In this document: positions 9,136 through 18,100 of the stretch, in pieces
Layout: each line of letters opens with the position of its first letter
How positions within the stretch are numbered: position 1 is the first letter of the stretch
Source of the DNA: Alphaproteobacteria bacterium
GTDB taxonomy: Bacteria; Pseudomonadota; Alphaproteobacteria; Rs-D84
Length of the DNA: 64,000 nucleotides
Assembly: GCA_017534945.1 (NCBI GenBank)
Contig: JAFXVB010000024.1
Coordinates: 19,546-83,545 of the forward strand
Direction of reading: 5' to 3'
The notes under the pieces: generated by a model
Told to the model about the DNA's origin: nothing
The model's input: the letters and a program-made list of their open reading frames with translations, nothing else
Database searches by the model: none
Made by a program: the position numbers and the translations under genes

Positions 9136-10299
9136 TTATTTCCACTTATCTTCGCGGATTAAAGCCAATGTCAATCCAAAGAGCAAACAAAAGCCCAAGA
9201 AAGAACTGCCCCCAAATGAAATAAACGGTAATGTCATGCCTTTTGGTGGCATTATATGTAATGTTGTTGCCAAATTTAAACAAATCTGCATCGCAAACAA
9301 TGCCGTCGTTCCAGTTATAACATACAAAACAAATTTATCGCGTGCGTTGGATGCCGCTTTCATTAAACGCTTTATAACCAATACGAATAAAAACAATAAT
9401 GCACAACCCGCCAAAGCACCAAAATCTTCAACCAACGCAGCATACACAAAATCGTTTTCAGCCATTGGTAAATTTTCCGCCGCAAATGCTTCGTCACCCA
9501 TACCAAACAATCCACCTTGGCGGATTGCATTAACGGCATAACCAACCTGACTTAATGGATCCAACGGTTTCAAAAAGTCCATAATACGTTCATGAACGTG
9601 ATGAAATAAAAAGAACGCGCCGATACCACCACACGCAAATATTCCAAATAATATCGCCATTATTTTTTTTGGTAAACCCGCCACAAAAAGCATTATTCCC
9701 AACACCAAGAAATACAAAATAGATGTCCCAACATCGGGTTGACGAAACATTATTCCCAAACACATGCAAAACACAAATATATATGGCCACCAAGATATCC
9801 AATTTAATTGCCATGCTTCGCGATTCAAGAAAATATTATCGCCGTATTTTTCCTTCATCTTGGTTAAAAACCATGCTGTTAAAATAATAAATCCGGGCTT
9901 CATAATATCCGATGGCATCAAACGCAATCCGTCCAACACCACCCAACGCGCAGAACCATTAACAACATGCGGATGAACAAATGTCAATAATAACAATGGC
10001 AAACATACTAAAACATTTAACCATGCCAATCGCAATACCCATTTTTGATTAAACATACTGGTTATAAACAAAGTTCCAATTCCAACGATATAAAAAGGAA
10101 ACATTTTCACAAAAAAATAATACCAAGGAAGCGAACCATGAACACGAATAGAATTCGCACTGCCGGTTGATATTGCCGCAATCATACCAACAAAAATCAT
10201 AATACCAATATACAACAACAACCAACGGTCAATACCGAAATACCAATCGGTTAATTGACTGTCATCTGTGCGACGCGCGACTTCTTGAATAACCGCCAT
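9136..10299 (-). CDS. ftsW: Peptidoglycan glycosyltransferase FtsW (SEDS family)
   Basis: 387 aa, polytopic, with FtsW/RodA family motifs. It sits in dcw context next to mraY and murG. Confidence 0.85.
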   Translation of the reverse strand: MAVIQEVARRTDDSQLTDWYFGIDRWLLLYIGIMIFVGMIAAISTGSANSIRVHGSLPWYYFFVKMFPFYIVGIGTLFITSMFNQKWVLRLAWLNVLVCLPLLLLTFVHPHVVNGSARWVVLDGLRLMPSDIMKPGFIILTAWFLTKMKEKYGDNIFLNREAWQLNWISWWPYIFVFCMCLGIMFRQPDVGTSILYFLVLGIMLFVAGLPKKIMAILFGIFACGGIGAFFLFHHVHERIMDFLKPLDPLSQVGYAVNAIRQGGLFGMGDEAFAAENLPMAENDFVYAALVEDFGALAGCALLFLFVLVIKRLMKAASNARDKFVLYVITGTTALFAMQICLNLATTLHIMPPKGMTLPFISFGGSSFLGFCLLFGLTLALIREDKWK

Positions 10300-10322
10300 A
10301 TTCTCCCTCTATCCGTTTTTAC

Positions 10323-11456
10323 CTATGCAAATTTTAACAAAATCAATGCAACCCCAGAAAACAAAATAGACATGATGAAAAATCTATCAACAATTTTTGT
10401 TTCTGCCCAACCCAATTCTTCAAAGTGATGATGCAATGGTGCGCGCAAAAATATGCGTTTTCCGGTGCCTGTGATTTTGCGTGTGATTTTAAAACACATT
10501 GTTTGCAAAAACGAAGACAATAAAATCAAAACCATCATGCCGGCGGCAATACCCATAATAATTTCTGATTTTAATAACATCGCCACAGTTCCCATAAATC
10601 CGCCCAATGCCAATGACCCGACATCGCCCATAAAGATTGATGCAGGTTTCGCGTTATACCACAAAAATCCAAGCGTGGCACCCGCCATTGCGCCCAATGG
10701 TGCATACAGACTGCTGGTTTCTGGTAAAAACACCACACTGTCCATAAAACCAATTCTGGTTGCGCCATATAATGCAACCACCAAAACAATCAAGACCGGC
10801 AAATATAATTTTGATAACATGCCATCTAAACCGTCTGTGATATTTGTTGCATTTGCACTGCCACAAATAACGAAATAGCCGAATATATAATATAAAAAAC
10901 CAAGTGTTATTGACATGCCAAATACATCACCCAAAACCCAAGAATTTAATGGTAAAAACACAGACGACCCAATAATTATCGATAAATCTGGCACATATGG
11001 TGGCATTGTTTTATTTATCAAATATACCAATACAATGACGAATAAAGCCTCCATCCCCAGACGAAATGCCGGCGATAATCCATTTGATGCTTTTTTAGAT
11101 TGTGATGTCACCTTTTTATAATCATCAACAAAACCCAACGCACCAAACATAACCAAAGATAATAACGCAATCCAACCCGCGCTGTTTGATAATGGCATGA
11201 ACAATACAGATGCCAATATCACAGCAATCAAAATCAAAATACCACCCATTGTTGGTGTTCCTGCCTTGGCACGATGTGATTCTGGGACATTTTCACTTAT
11301 TGGCTGACCTTTTTTTTGCCATGCATGCATCCAGCGCACAAATCCACGACCAAAGACCAGCATTATTAAAAATGCAACACCAAACGCCGCCGCAAATTGC
11401 GCCCAACCACTGGCAAATGCATAAAAACCATGAGAAATAAAGTAATCTGCCAACAT
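10323..11456 (-). CDS. mraY: Phospho-N-acetylmuramoyl-pentapeptide transferase
   Basis: MLADYFISHGFYAFASGW… The start was moved to the ATG at 11456, which has an AAGGAG RBS. The listed TTG start at 11480 includes the RBS. Confidence 0.9.
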   Translation of the reverse strand: MLADYFISHGFYAFASGWAQFAAAFGVAFLIMLVFGRGFVRWMHAWQKKGQPISENVPESHRAKAGTPTMGGILILIAVILASVLFMPLSNSAGWIALLSLVMFGALGFVDDYKKVTSQSKKASNGLSPAFRLGMEALFVIVLVYLINKTMPPYVPDLSIIIGSSVFLPLNSWVLGDVFGMSITLGFLYYIFGYFVICGSANATNITDGLDGMLSKLYLPVLIVLVVALYGATRIGFMDSVVFLPETSSLYAPLGAMAGATLGFLWYNAKPASIFMGDVGSLALGGFMGTVAMLLKSEIIMGIAAGMMVLILLSSFLQTMCFKITRKITGTGKRIFLRAPLHHHFEELGWAETKIVDRFFIMSILFSGVALILLKFA

Positions 11457-11532
11457 AGAATTTTCTCCTTTGATACACAATCATTTTATCATAAATTCTA
11501 TGCTTTACCAATATATTTACAGAAAAAATTTA

Positions 11533-13608
11533 TTAGAACACTCCGCCAACTTGGGGCACAGATTGTTTAACCGTTTCGCCGGTCGCATTTATGATAACAG
11601 GCGCAACAATCATCGGTTCGTTTGGCCCCTGGGTTGCTTTGAAAGCCTCGGTTATTATCACACCGTTTGGATCGCGTGTGGCGGCAACGCCATTACTGCG
11701 ATTTACACGCACAAAATGCAATCCATCAGGCACAGAAAATGGTTGGTTTTTCTGGTCGCGCAATGCAACCGTCATAAAATCTGAAAACACATGCGCCGCA
11801 GTATATGACCCGGTTCCCTTACCCAATGGACGCGGCGTATCATATCCCAAATACACACCGGCAATTAAATTTTTAGTAAATCCAATAAACCATGCGTCCT
11901 TTACATCGTTTGTTGTTCCGGTTTTACCAGCGATTGTATGACCCGGCACCATTGCTTGGCGACCGGTTCCGCGTTCAACCGCACCCTGTAATATAGAAAT
12001 CAATTGGTATAAACTTTGTGGGTCTGATAAAGCCGGTCCCAAATCATCATCATCCGGTGGCAACGCAGAATCCGTCCATTGCTCAACCGTCGGTTCATTA
12101 CCGCCGATTGTATGACCATATCTGTCTTGGACATAATCAACAAGGCGAGGTTTCACAACATGCCCACCATTTACAAATGCAGAATATCCCGATACCAAAT
12201 TTTGCAATGTTGTTTCACCCGAACCCAACGCCATAGATAAATTCACATCTTTTAATGATTCAGGATACACGCCAAACCGTTTTGCCACATCAATCGCATC
12301 CTTGACCCCGATTTGTTCAACAAGACGCACAGTCGGTACATTGCGCGATGTTTCCAACGCCAAACGCAACGGAACATCCCCAAGGAATTTTTTATCACTG
12401 TTTTCCGGTTTCCATTCTGTATCAGCATCTTTCCACCCAACAATTGGTGCATCAAGTAAAATAGCCTCTGGCGACATGCCTTTTTCCAACGCAGACAGAT
12501 AAACAAATGGTTTTATCGTACTGCCAATTTGGCGCATTGCTTGGGTTGCACGATTAAACGAACTTTGCGCAAAAGAACGACCACCCGACATTGCCAAAAC
12601 GCGCCCTGTATATGGATTCATAACAATAATTGCACCTTGGAGTTTTTCATCCCCATGACGATTTGCATTGTAATTATCCAATGTTTTATTCAATGCATCA
12701 CTTGCCGCGCGTTGTAATTCAGGAACGATTGTTGTTTTGATATATAAACCTTGGTTATATAAATCTTCGCGCCCGATTGTTTCCAGTAATTGACGGCGAA
12801 CCTCTTCTGCAAAGTATTGGAATTTATCTTCCATTTGGGCGGTAAAACCACTGTTGATATTTAATTCTTCGGCGGCGGCGGCGGTTGCCTCTTCCTTGGT
12901 AATAAAACCTTCATCTTGCATGCGGCGCAACACATAATTGCGACGTTCAACAGCCTTGTCCCGATTATTTGGTGCCTTTGGCAATGATGCCAAAAATGCA
13001 CATTGTGCCAAAGTTAAATCTTTGACCGGTTTATTGAAATACATCAATGCAGCCGAACCCACACCATATGCACGCGCACCCAAAAAGATTTGATTCAAAT
13101 ACAATGTCATAATGTGTTGTTTTGAAAATGAACGTTCCAAACGAAGTGCCAATATTGCCTCTTTCACTTTGCGTGAAATTGTGCGATCAGATGTCAAAAA
13201 GAAATTCTTGGCCACCTGTTGCGTTATGGTTGATGCCCCAGAAAACTTTGTATCAAAACCAAAAACGCGCATAAAATTATTCAAAGATGCCCGTATTATA
13301 CCCTGGATATCAATACCAGGATGTGTCCAGAAATTTTGGTCTTCGGCGGCAATAAATGCATTTACCAATTGGGGTGGCATATCCGCAAAATCAATAAACA
13401 CACGACGTTCTTCGGCATATTCAATCAAAAGCGAACCGTCCGCCGCATAAAGTCGTGTTGCCACCGGTGGCGCATATGTCGCCAATTTTTTATAATCTGG
13501 CAAATCATTTCCATATATAAAAACCAACGCCGCCAATGCAGCAATCATACCGGTAAAACACCAAAATATTAGATTCAAAAAGATGCGCAGAATTTTTTTA
13601 AATGTCAT
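11533..13608 (-). CDS. mrcA: Penicillin-binding protein 1A (bifunctional transglycosylase/transpeptidase)
   Basis: It has a GT51 domain (…RLERSFSKQHIMTLYLNQIFLGARAYGVGSAA…) and the transpeptidase motifs STIKPF (SxxK), SRN and KTGTT. Confidence 0.9.
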   Translation of the reverse strand: MTFKKILRIFLNLIFWCFTGMIAALAALVFIYGNDLPDYKKLATYAPPVATRLYAADGSLLIEYAEERRVFIDFADMPPQLVNAFIAAEDQNFWTHPGIDIQGIIRASLNNFMRVFGFDTKFSGASTITQQVAKNFFLTSDRTISRKVKEAILALRLERSFSKQHIMTLYLNQIFLGARAYGVGSAALMYFNKPVKDLTLAQCAFLASLPKAPNNRDKAVERRNYVLRRMQDEGFITKEEATAAAAEELNINSGFTAQMEDKFQYFAEEVRRQLLETIGREDLYNQGLYIKTTIVPELQRAASDALNKTLDNYNANRHGDEKLQGAIIVMNPYTGRVLAMSGGRSFAQSSFNRATQAMRQIGSTIKPFVYLSALEKGMSPEAILLDAPIVGWKDADTEWKPENSDKKFLGDVPLRLALETSRNVPTVRLVEQIGVKDAIDVAKRFGVYPESLKDVNLSMALGSGETTLQNLVSGYSAFVNGGHVVKPRLVDYVQDRYGHTIGGNEPTVEQWTDSALPPDDDDLGPALSDPQSLYQLISILQGAVERGTGRQAMVPGHTIAGKTGTTNDVKDAWFIGFTKNLIAGVYLGYDTPRPLGKGTGSYTAAHVFSDFMTVALRDQKNQPFSVPDGLHFVRVNRSNGVAATRDPNGVIITEAFKATQGPNEPMIVAPVIINATGETVKQSVPQVGGVF

Positions 13609-13671
13609 AGATTAATTATACGATACGATTTTACAATTTGCAATTTTTTAATTCCGCCTTACGTCGAAATT

Positions 13672-13795
13672 CCAAAGTACAGAATTCAAAGTTCAATTAA
13701 TGTGTGCGACCAATCAGGTCCCACGAAATTAAAAATTTCGTGGGCAATGTCGCACGGCATTTATTGTACTTTGTTATTTGCACTTTGAACTTTGA
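13672..13795. repeat. MITE-like imperfect inverted-repeat element built from TTCAAAG/TGCAAAG heptamer units, with central hairpin
   Basis: The left arm caaagtacagaattcaaagttcaattaatgtgtgcgac and the right arm gtcgcacggcatttattgtactttgttatttgcactttgaactttg are reverse complements. The central hairpin is cccacgaaatt-aaaa-aatttcgtggg. Related copies lie at 46447-46540, 28215-28256, 51341-51378 and 34186-34199. Confidence 0.65.
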
Positions 13796-13820
13796 AAAAA
13801 CCGCCAAGGCGGTTTTTTCA
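13796..13820. terminator. Intrinsic terminator (mrcA / suhB-like boundary)
   Basis: aaaaccgccaaggcggttttttc. Confidence 0.6.
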
Positions 13821-14522
13821 TAATTCTATGTGACCGTTGGTTGCGACCAATTCTGCGCCAGATGATATTTTTCCCCCGGCCTCACGCAATATTAATTCAC
13901 CGGCGGCAATTTCGGCATAATCCAATGGGGTTGACACAAATGCATCTAATTTTCCGCATGCGACACCCACCAAATCCAACGCCGGACATCCAGACACACG
14001 AACATCACCAATTTTTTTAGAATTATCATTTGTGTTGTATGCAACCATCAAATCGTCAGTGTCCACAATCGATGAAGTGCGAATTTTTGTAGAATGAAAC
14101 GCAGAAAACATATACGCACCCGAATCGCGTTCGGCATAATACAATCTTTCCAATATTGGGGCATAAACAAGTGCAATTTTGGTTTCACCGTTTGACCGCA
14201 ATGCCAAAGATATCGCAAAATTTGGGTTTGCACGCACGAAATTTGCGGCCCCAGATATTGCCAAAACAAATTCGTCGCGACCATCACCATCGCGCGTCAT
14301 ATTTGGTGTCAACAATCCCGCAGATGGGCGAACCAATAACAAATCGTTTAAAATACTTTCTTCGATGCGGGCGGATGCCTTGGCCACAAAATCACGCGCC
14401 CCACGCAATGATTGTTGCAAGTTTTCAACTTCGCCAAAATCACGACGCAACCCAGACGCAGTTTTGTCCAATGCGACAAACATTTTGTTTAATTCTGTGG
14501 AGCCTTTGATAAGCAAATCCAT
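13818..14522 (-). CDS. Inositol monophosphatase (SuhB/IMPase) family protein, divergent
   Basis: The C-terminus LDYAEIAAGELILREAGG matches the IMPase WDxAAGxLIxxEAGG motif. The N-terminal metal-binding motifs are degenerate. Confidence 0.55.
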   Translation of the reverse strand: MDLLIKGSTELNKMFVALDKTASGLRRDFGEVENLQQSLRGARDFVAKASARIEESILNDLLLVRPSAGLLTPNMTRDGDGRDEFVLAISGAANFVRANPNFAISLALRSNGETKIALVYAPILERLYYAERDSGAYMFSAFHSTKIRTSSIVDTDDLMVAYNTNDNSKKIGDVRVSGCPALDLVGVACGKLDAFVSTPLDYAEIAAGELILREAGGKISSGAELVATNGHIEL

Positions 14523-14554
14523 TTTTTGTCCCCCCGGTAAAAAAACGATTAAAC

Positions 14555-14767
14555 TTAAAATTTAAATCCGGCAAATTTGCTTTTGAAATCAGCGGCGCGT
14601 TGACCCTTGGTCTCTTGATTATTGCGTTGACCTGTCCAAGCCGGATGATTCAAATTATCAGTAGATAAAACCAAGTCTTTTTTGACAGATGAAAACATTT
14701 TCACAGTTTTGCCATCGGTCATAGTGACATTAATTTCATGGTATTCAGGATGAATTCCTTGTTTCAT
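14555..14767 (-). CDS. rpmE: 50S ribosomal protein L31
   Basis: MKQGIHPEYHEINVTMTDGKTV… is the canonical L31 N-terminus. 70 aa. Confidence 0.9.
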   Translation of the reverse strand: MKQGIHPEYHEINVTMTDGKTVKMFSSVKKDLVLSTDNLNHPAWTGQRNNQETKGQRAADFKSKFAGFKF

Positions 14768-14865
14768 TGTATAATCCTTTGTTTTATATATAAAGCCCCA
14801 AAATTATACATTGTATTTTTCGAATTGCAAGTTTTATTTAGGGACAAGATTGACGTTATGCTATC

Positions 14866-15035
14866 GTCATCCCGCCTTTTCTTATGGTCGTCATCCCGCC
14901 GAAGGGCGGGATCCAGTTGGCACAATGGTGCCAAATTGTGTAATAAAGCCAAATGACGCAAGTTGACCCGTCGGGTCAACTGGATACCGGCCTGCGCCGG
15001 TATGACGAGTTTGAGGGATGCGGTATGACGAGTTG
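14866..15035. repeat. GC-rich composite palindromic element (REP/RPE-like) in rpmE upstream region
   Basis: The direct repeats tcgtcatcccgcc x2 (left) and ggtatgacgag x2 (right) are in inverted orientation. The nested hairpins are cccgcc-gaag-ggcggg, ttggcac-aatg-gtgccaa, gttgacccg-t-cgggtcaac and ataccggc-ctgc-gccggtat. It contrasts with the AT-rich surroundings. Confidence 0.55.
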
Positions 15036-15083
15036 AGTGGCCAGTATAACAGGTCGACTAGTGGTGCCGTTGTGAATAAAAGA

Positions 15084-15117
15084 AAGGGAGGCTTTTCGAA
15101 GACCTCCCTTTTTTTTA
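15084..15117. terminator. Intrinsic terminator downstream of giant ORF
   Basis: aagggaggc-ttttcgaa-gacctcccttttttttt. Confidence 0.6.
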
Positions 15118-15132
15118 ACGGTTAGTGAATTT

Positions 15133-18100
15133 TTATTCTTCGCTGATGTCGACACTGATGATGTCACCATAGTCACCAACAGGTTCACCGCCGACATAAC
15201 AATGGATTTTCGAACCGATGTTTTCCATCCATTCTTTGATAGCCTCATTTTCAGCGTTTTCGTATTTTGCCTTTTGTGCGGTTGATACGATGTCATGCGC
15301 CAACAATGAAGTCAAACCACCGCCAACAACAGCCGCCCCGGCATCCAACGCAAGACGTTTGCCCGCCCCAGATTCTTTGTTATCTGTCGCCACATTTTCA
15401 CAAGTTGTTTCCAATTCAGACAATGTATTCGACAAATTTGCCAATTCTGTGCTGTCCCATTCATATGTATCGGGGTCACGCAATTCGCTAACCGCCGCAA
15501 CATACGCCTGACCTTTTTCTGTTTCAATAACATTCAATCGCAATGCGCTTATTGCCGCAGGCAACCCAGCAACTTCACTGCGGAAATTATTGTATTCTGG
15601 ACCATTATAGGCATAACCGCCGCCCTTTGTAGTTGTTACACTGATTGTATCCGGCAACCCGTTACAATATCCGTCTACGACAGATTGTGCAGGATTATAT
15701 ATAAATGATGGTGTTGTATAACCGCCAAAATTCGAACAATTTTTCTTGGTATACACACCGTTTCCATAATTATAGTATGTATCAACCGTCGATTTTGTAT
15801 AGGTTTTACCATCACTTCCTGTATATGTTGTTGTTCCGGATTTTGTTCTGCCCGCCTTCCAGAATTTATCCAAATGTGATTTTGCAGCATTCAAATAATT
15901 TTGGATTGTTGCCAATTCTGCAACAGAACCTGTGGCATTATATGTTCTTTCACTGATACTTTTCCACAGATTAGATGCCGCAGTCGCATTGTTCACGCAA
16001 CCTGGATAATCTGTTGGGTCGGTTGACGCATCACTGAAATCACACAATGTGCTTACTTTTGTGATAAGTTGCGATACACCGTTTGCTTCATCAACTTGCA
16101 GACCATATTTTGCATCGACGGCGGCAACCGCATCACGTCCTTCGCGTGTCACAGCACCTTTTATTGTATTTAATGTGACACTTGTTGGGATTGTCATTGA
16201 TGCCTTGTTACTGTCAACGGATGATAATTTTGCTTTTGCAGTCCGCGCATAACGTAATGCTTCATCCATTTTTGTTTGGCTTTTGCTGCGAACCGCGGCA
16301 TCAAAGGCTTCACGCGCTTTTTTGGCCTGGTCTGTACATTCTTCGGCAGAATTCGCCTTGGCCATATTCTTGTTCAACAATCCGCCCAATCCAGAACTGG
16401 ACGCGTTGCTTTGCAATGAATCCATGCCCCATGCAGACAACCCAGCACCAAATACACCAGACCCCAAAGTCACCCACAAATCGGTATTTTTATCTTTTTG
16501 TGAACCTTCGCCGGCTTCCTTACGCGCTCTTTCACCAACTTTATCGGTCACAGTTTTGATTGTGTTGTCACTTATCCATGAACCGCATGTGAACGGGTCA
16601 CCGGTTGAAAAGTATGCATTTGTTTCGCCGCCCAAAGCATTTTGAATATCTTTGTCTTCGGACATAACTGTGATTTTCACGCGGCAAAATGAATTATACA
16701 AATCATTACTTTGAACAGACCCGTTTTCGCCCAAACCTTTGGCACCGTAATCACTTTTCATTTTGCTTTTCAATTTTGCCCAAACAAATGTTGCGTTTGG
16801 ATTTGCGCCAGAATTTTGTGCCAAGCAAATGTTTTGTTCTTTGGTCAATTTGGCCTTGTACTGGGCCTGGGCCTCCATTTCGACATCAACCAAAACATCT
16901 TTGAACACAGTATTAATTGCCGAATTTTCTTGGGCAATTGATTTTGAAATCATGTGTGGTGTTGAACAACCGGACACACCGCCTTCTTCGTAATCACAAA
17001 TGTTTGTTCCGGAATTTCCACATTCGCAAATGTGTTTACCGTCTTGGTTAACCTCTTGAACATCTTGCATATATTGATCATTTGCAGATGTGCGCCATGC
17101 AGAACCGACATTTGTTTCATTTCCCCAACCGGTACGGACATCGGCTTCGCCGTCGGCAATACCCATTTTGGCAATCGCCAAACTTTCCGCACAAACATCA
17201 CTGTTTTTAACCGTTAATGCGCATAACCCTTGGACAATTGTGTAATCCAACACACCGCCAACTTTGTTCATAGATTTATTAAAGCCATCACTGGTGGTGT
17301 TGTATGTCGCCAAACTTATATCATTACGGTTACGATAGCAATTTTGATAATTTGAACCGCACATAGATTTTACACAATTTGATACAACATTACCGCACTG
17401 TTTTTTCAATTGAGCAATCGCCGCATCATTATATGCCGTTGATAAATCTGCGTTCAAAGCCGCGACAACCGGCACTTTGTCATCACCAGTATTTGTGTAT
17501 TCTGGGAACAACGCATCAAATGCACCGTCATCACTGTATGTATAATTGTACACATTGCCTTCGGCACTTAAAGTTGCCGCCATATATTTACAATTTGCAT
17601 CGGTATTGACCGCCGCAGTACATCCACGAACAATATCTTTGTATGTATTACCTTTATTAATAGAACCGGTCATGTCTTTGCCGCCAAACACGCGGGAATA
17701 ACATGCCGCCCCCGAACCACCGCCGCATGAACGAATTGCACATGTTTTAAATGTTTCGATGCATTTATCTTTGGCAGTTTTATCGAATTTTTCAACCATA
17801 TCGGTGACCTTGACCCCGATGATGTCTTTTTTATTACGGGTTGAATATGCTTCGTCAAAGATTTCTTCGCGGGTATCAGGATCGGTCAAATCTTTCTTGC
17901 TTGGGGTTTTCGCCTTGAAAGTCATATAGCAATATTGATTTGAACCAATTGTATCTTGGCATGCCGCACGATAGAATTTACGAACAGAACTGGCCGTTTG
18001 GGTTTCTGTCACATTTGCTTCATCAATTGTGGACGATTTTGATTGGTCTGCAACAAAATCAGCCGTTCCCAAAACGCCAAATGTCACACCTTCGACACAA

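Noticed and set aside
14866-15035. GC-rich element as a tRNA, tmRNA, RNase P RNA or SRP RNA
   Set aside because: There is no GTTCRANYC T-loop, no GGAAAGTCCGG P4 motif, no SRP domain-IV motif and no tmRNA tag-reading frame or CCA acceptor end.
14976-15533. Small ORFs overlapping the 3' end of the giant gene
   Set aside because: They are alternative-frame artefacts within and adjacent to the long minus-strand coding sequence.
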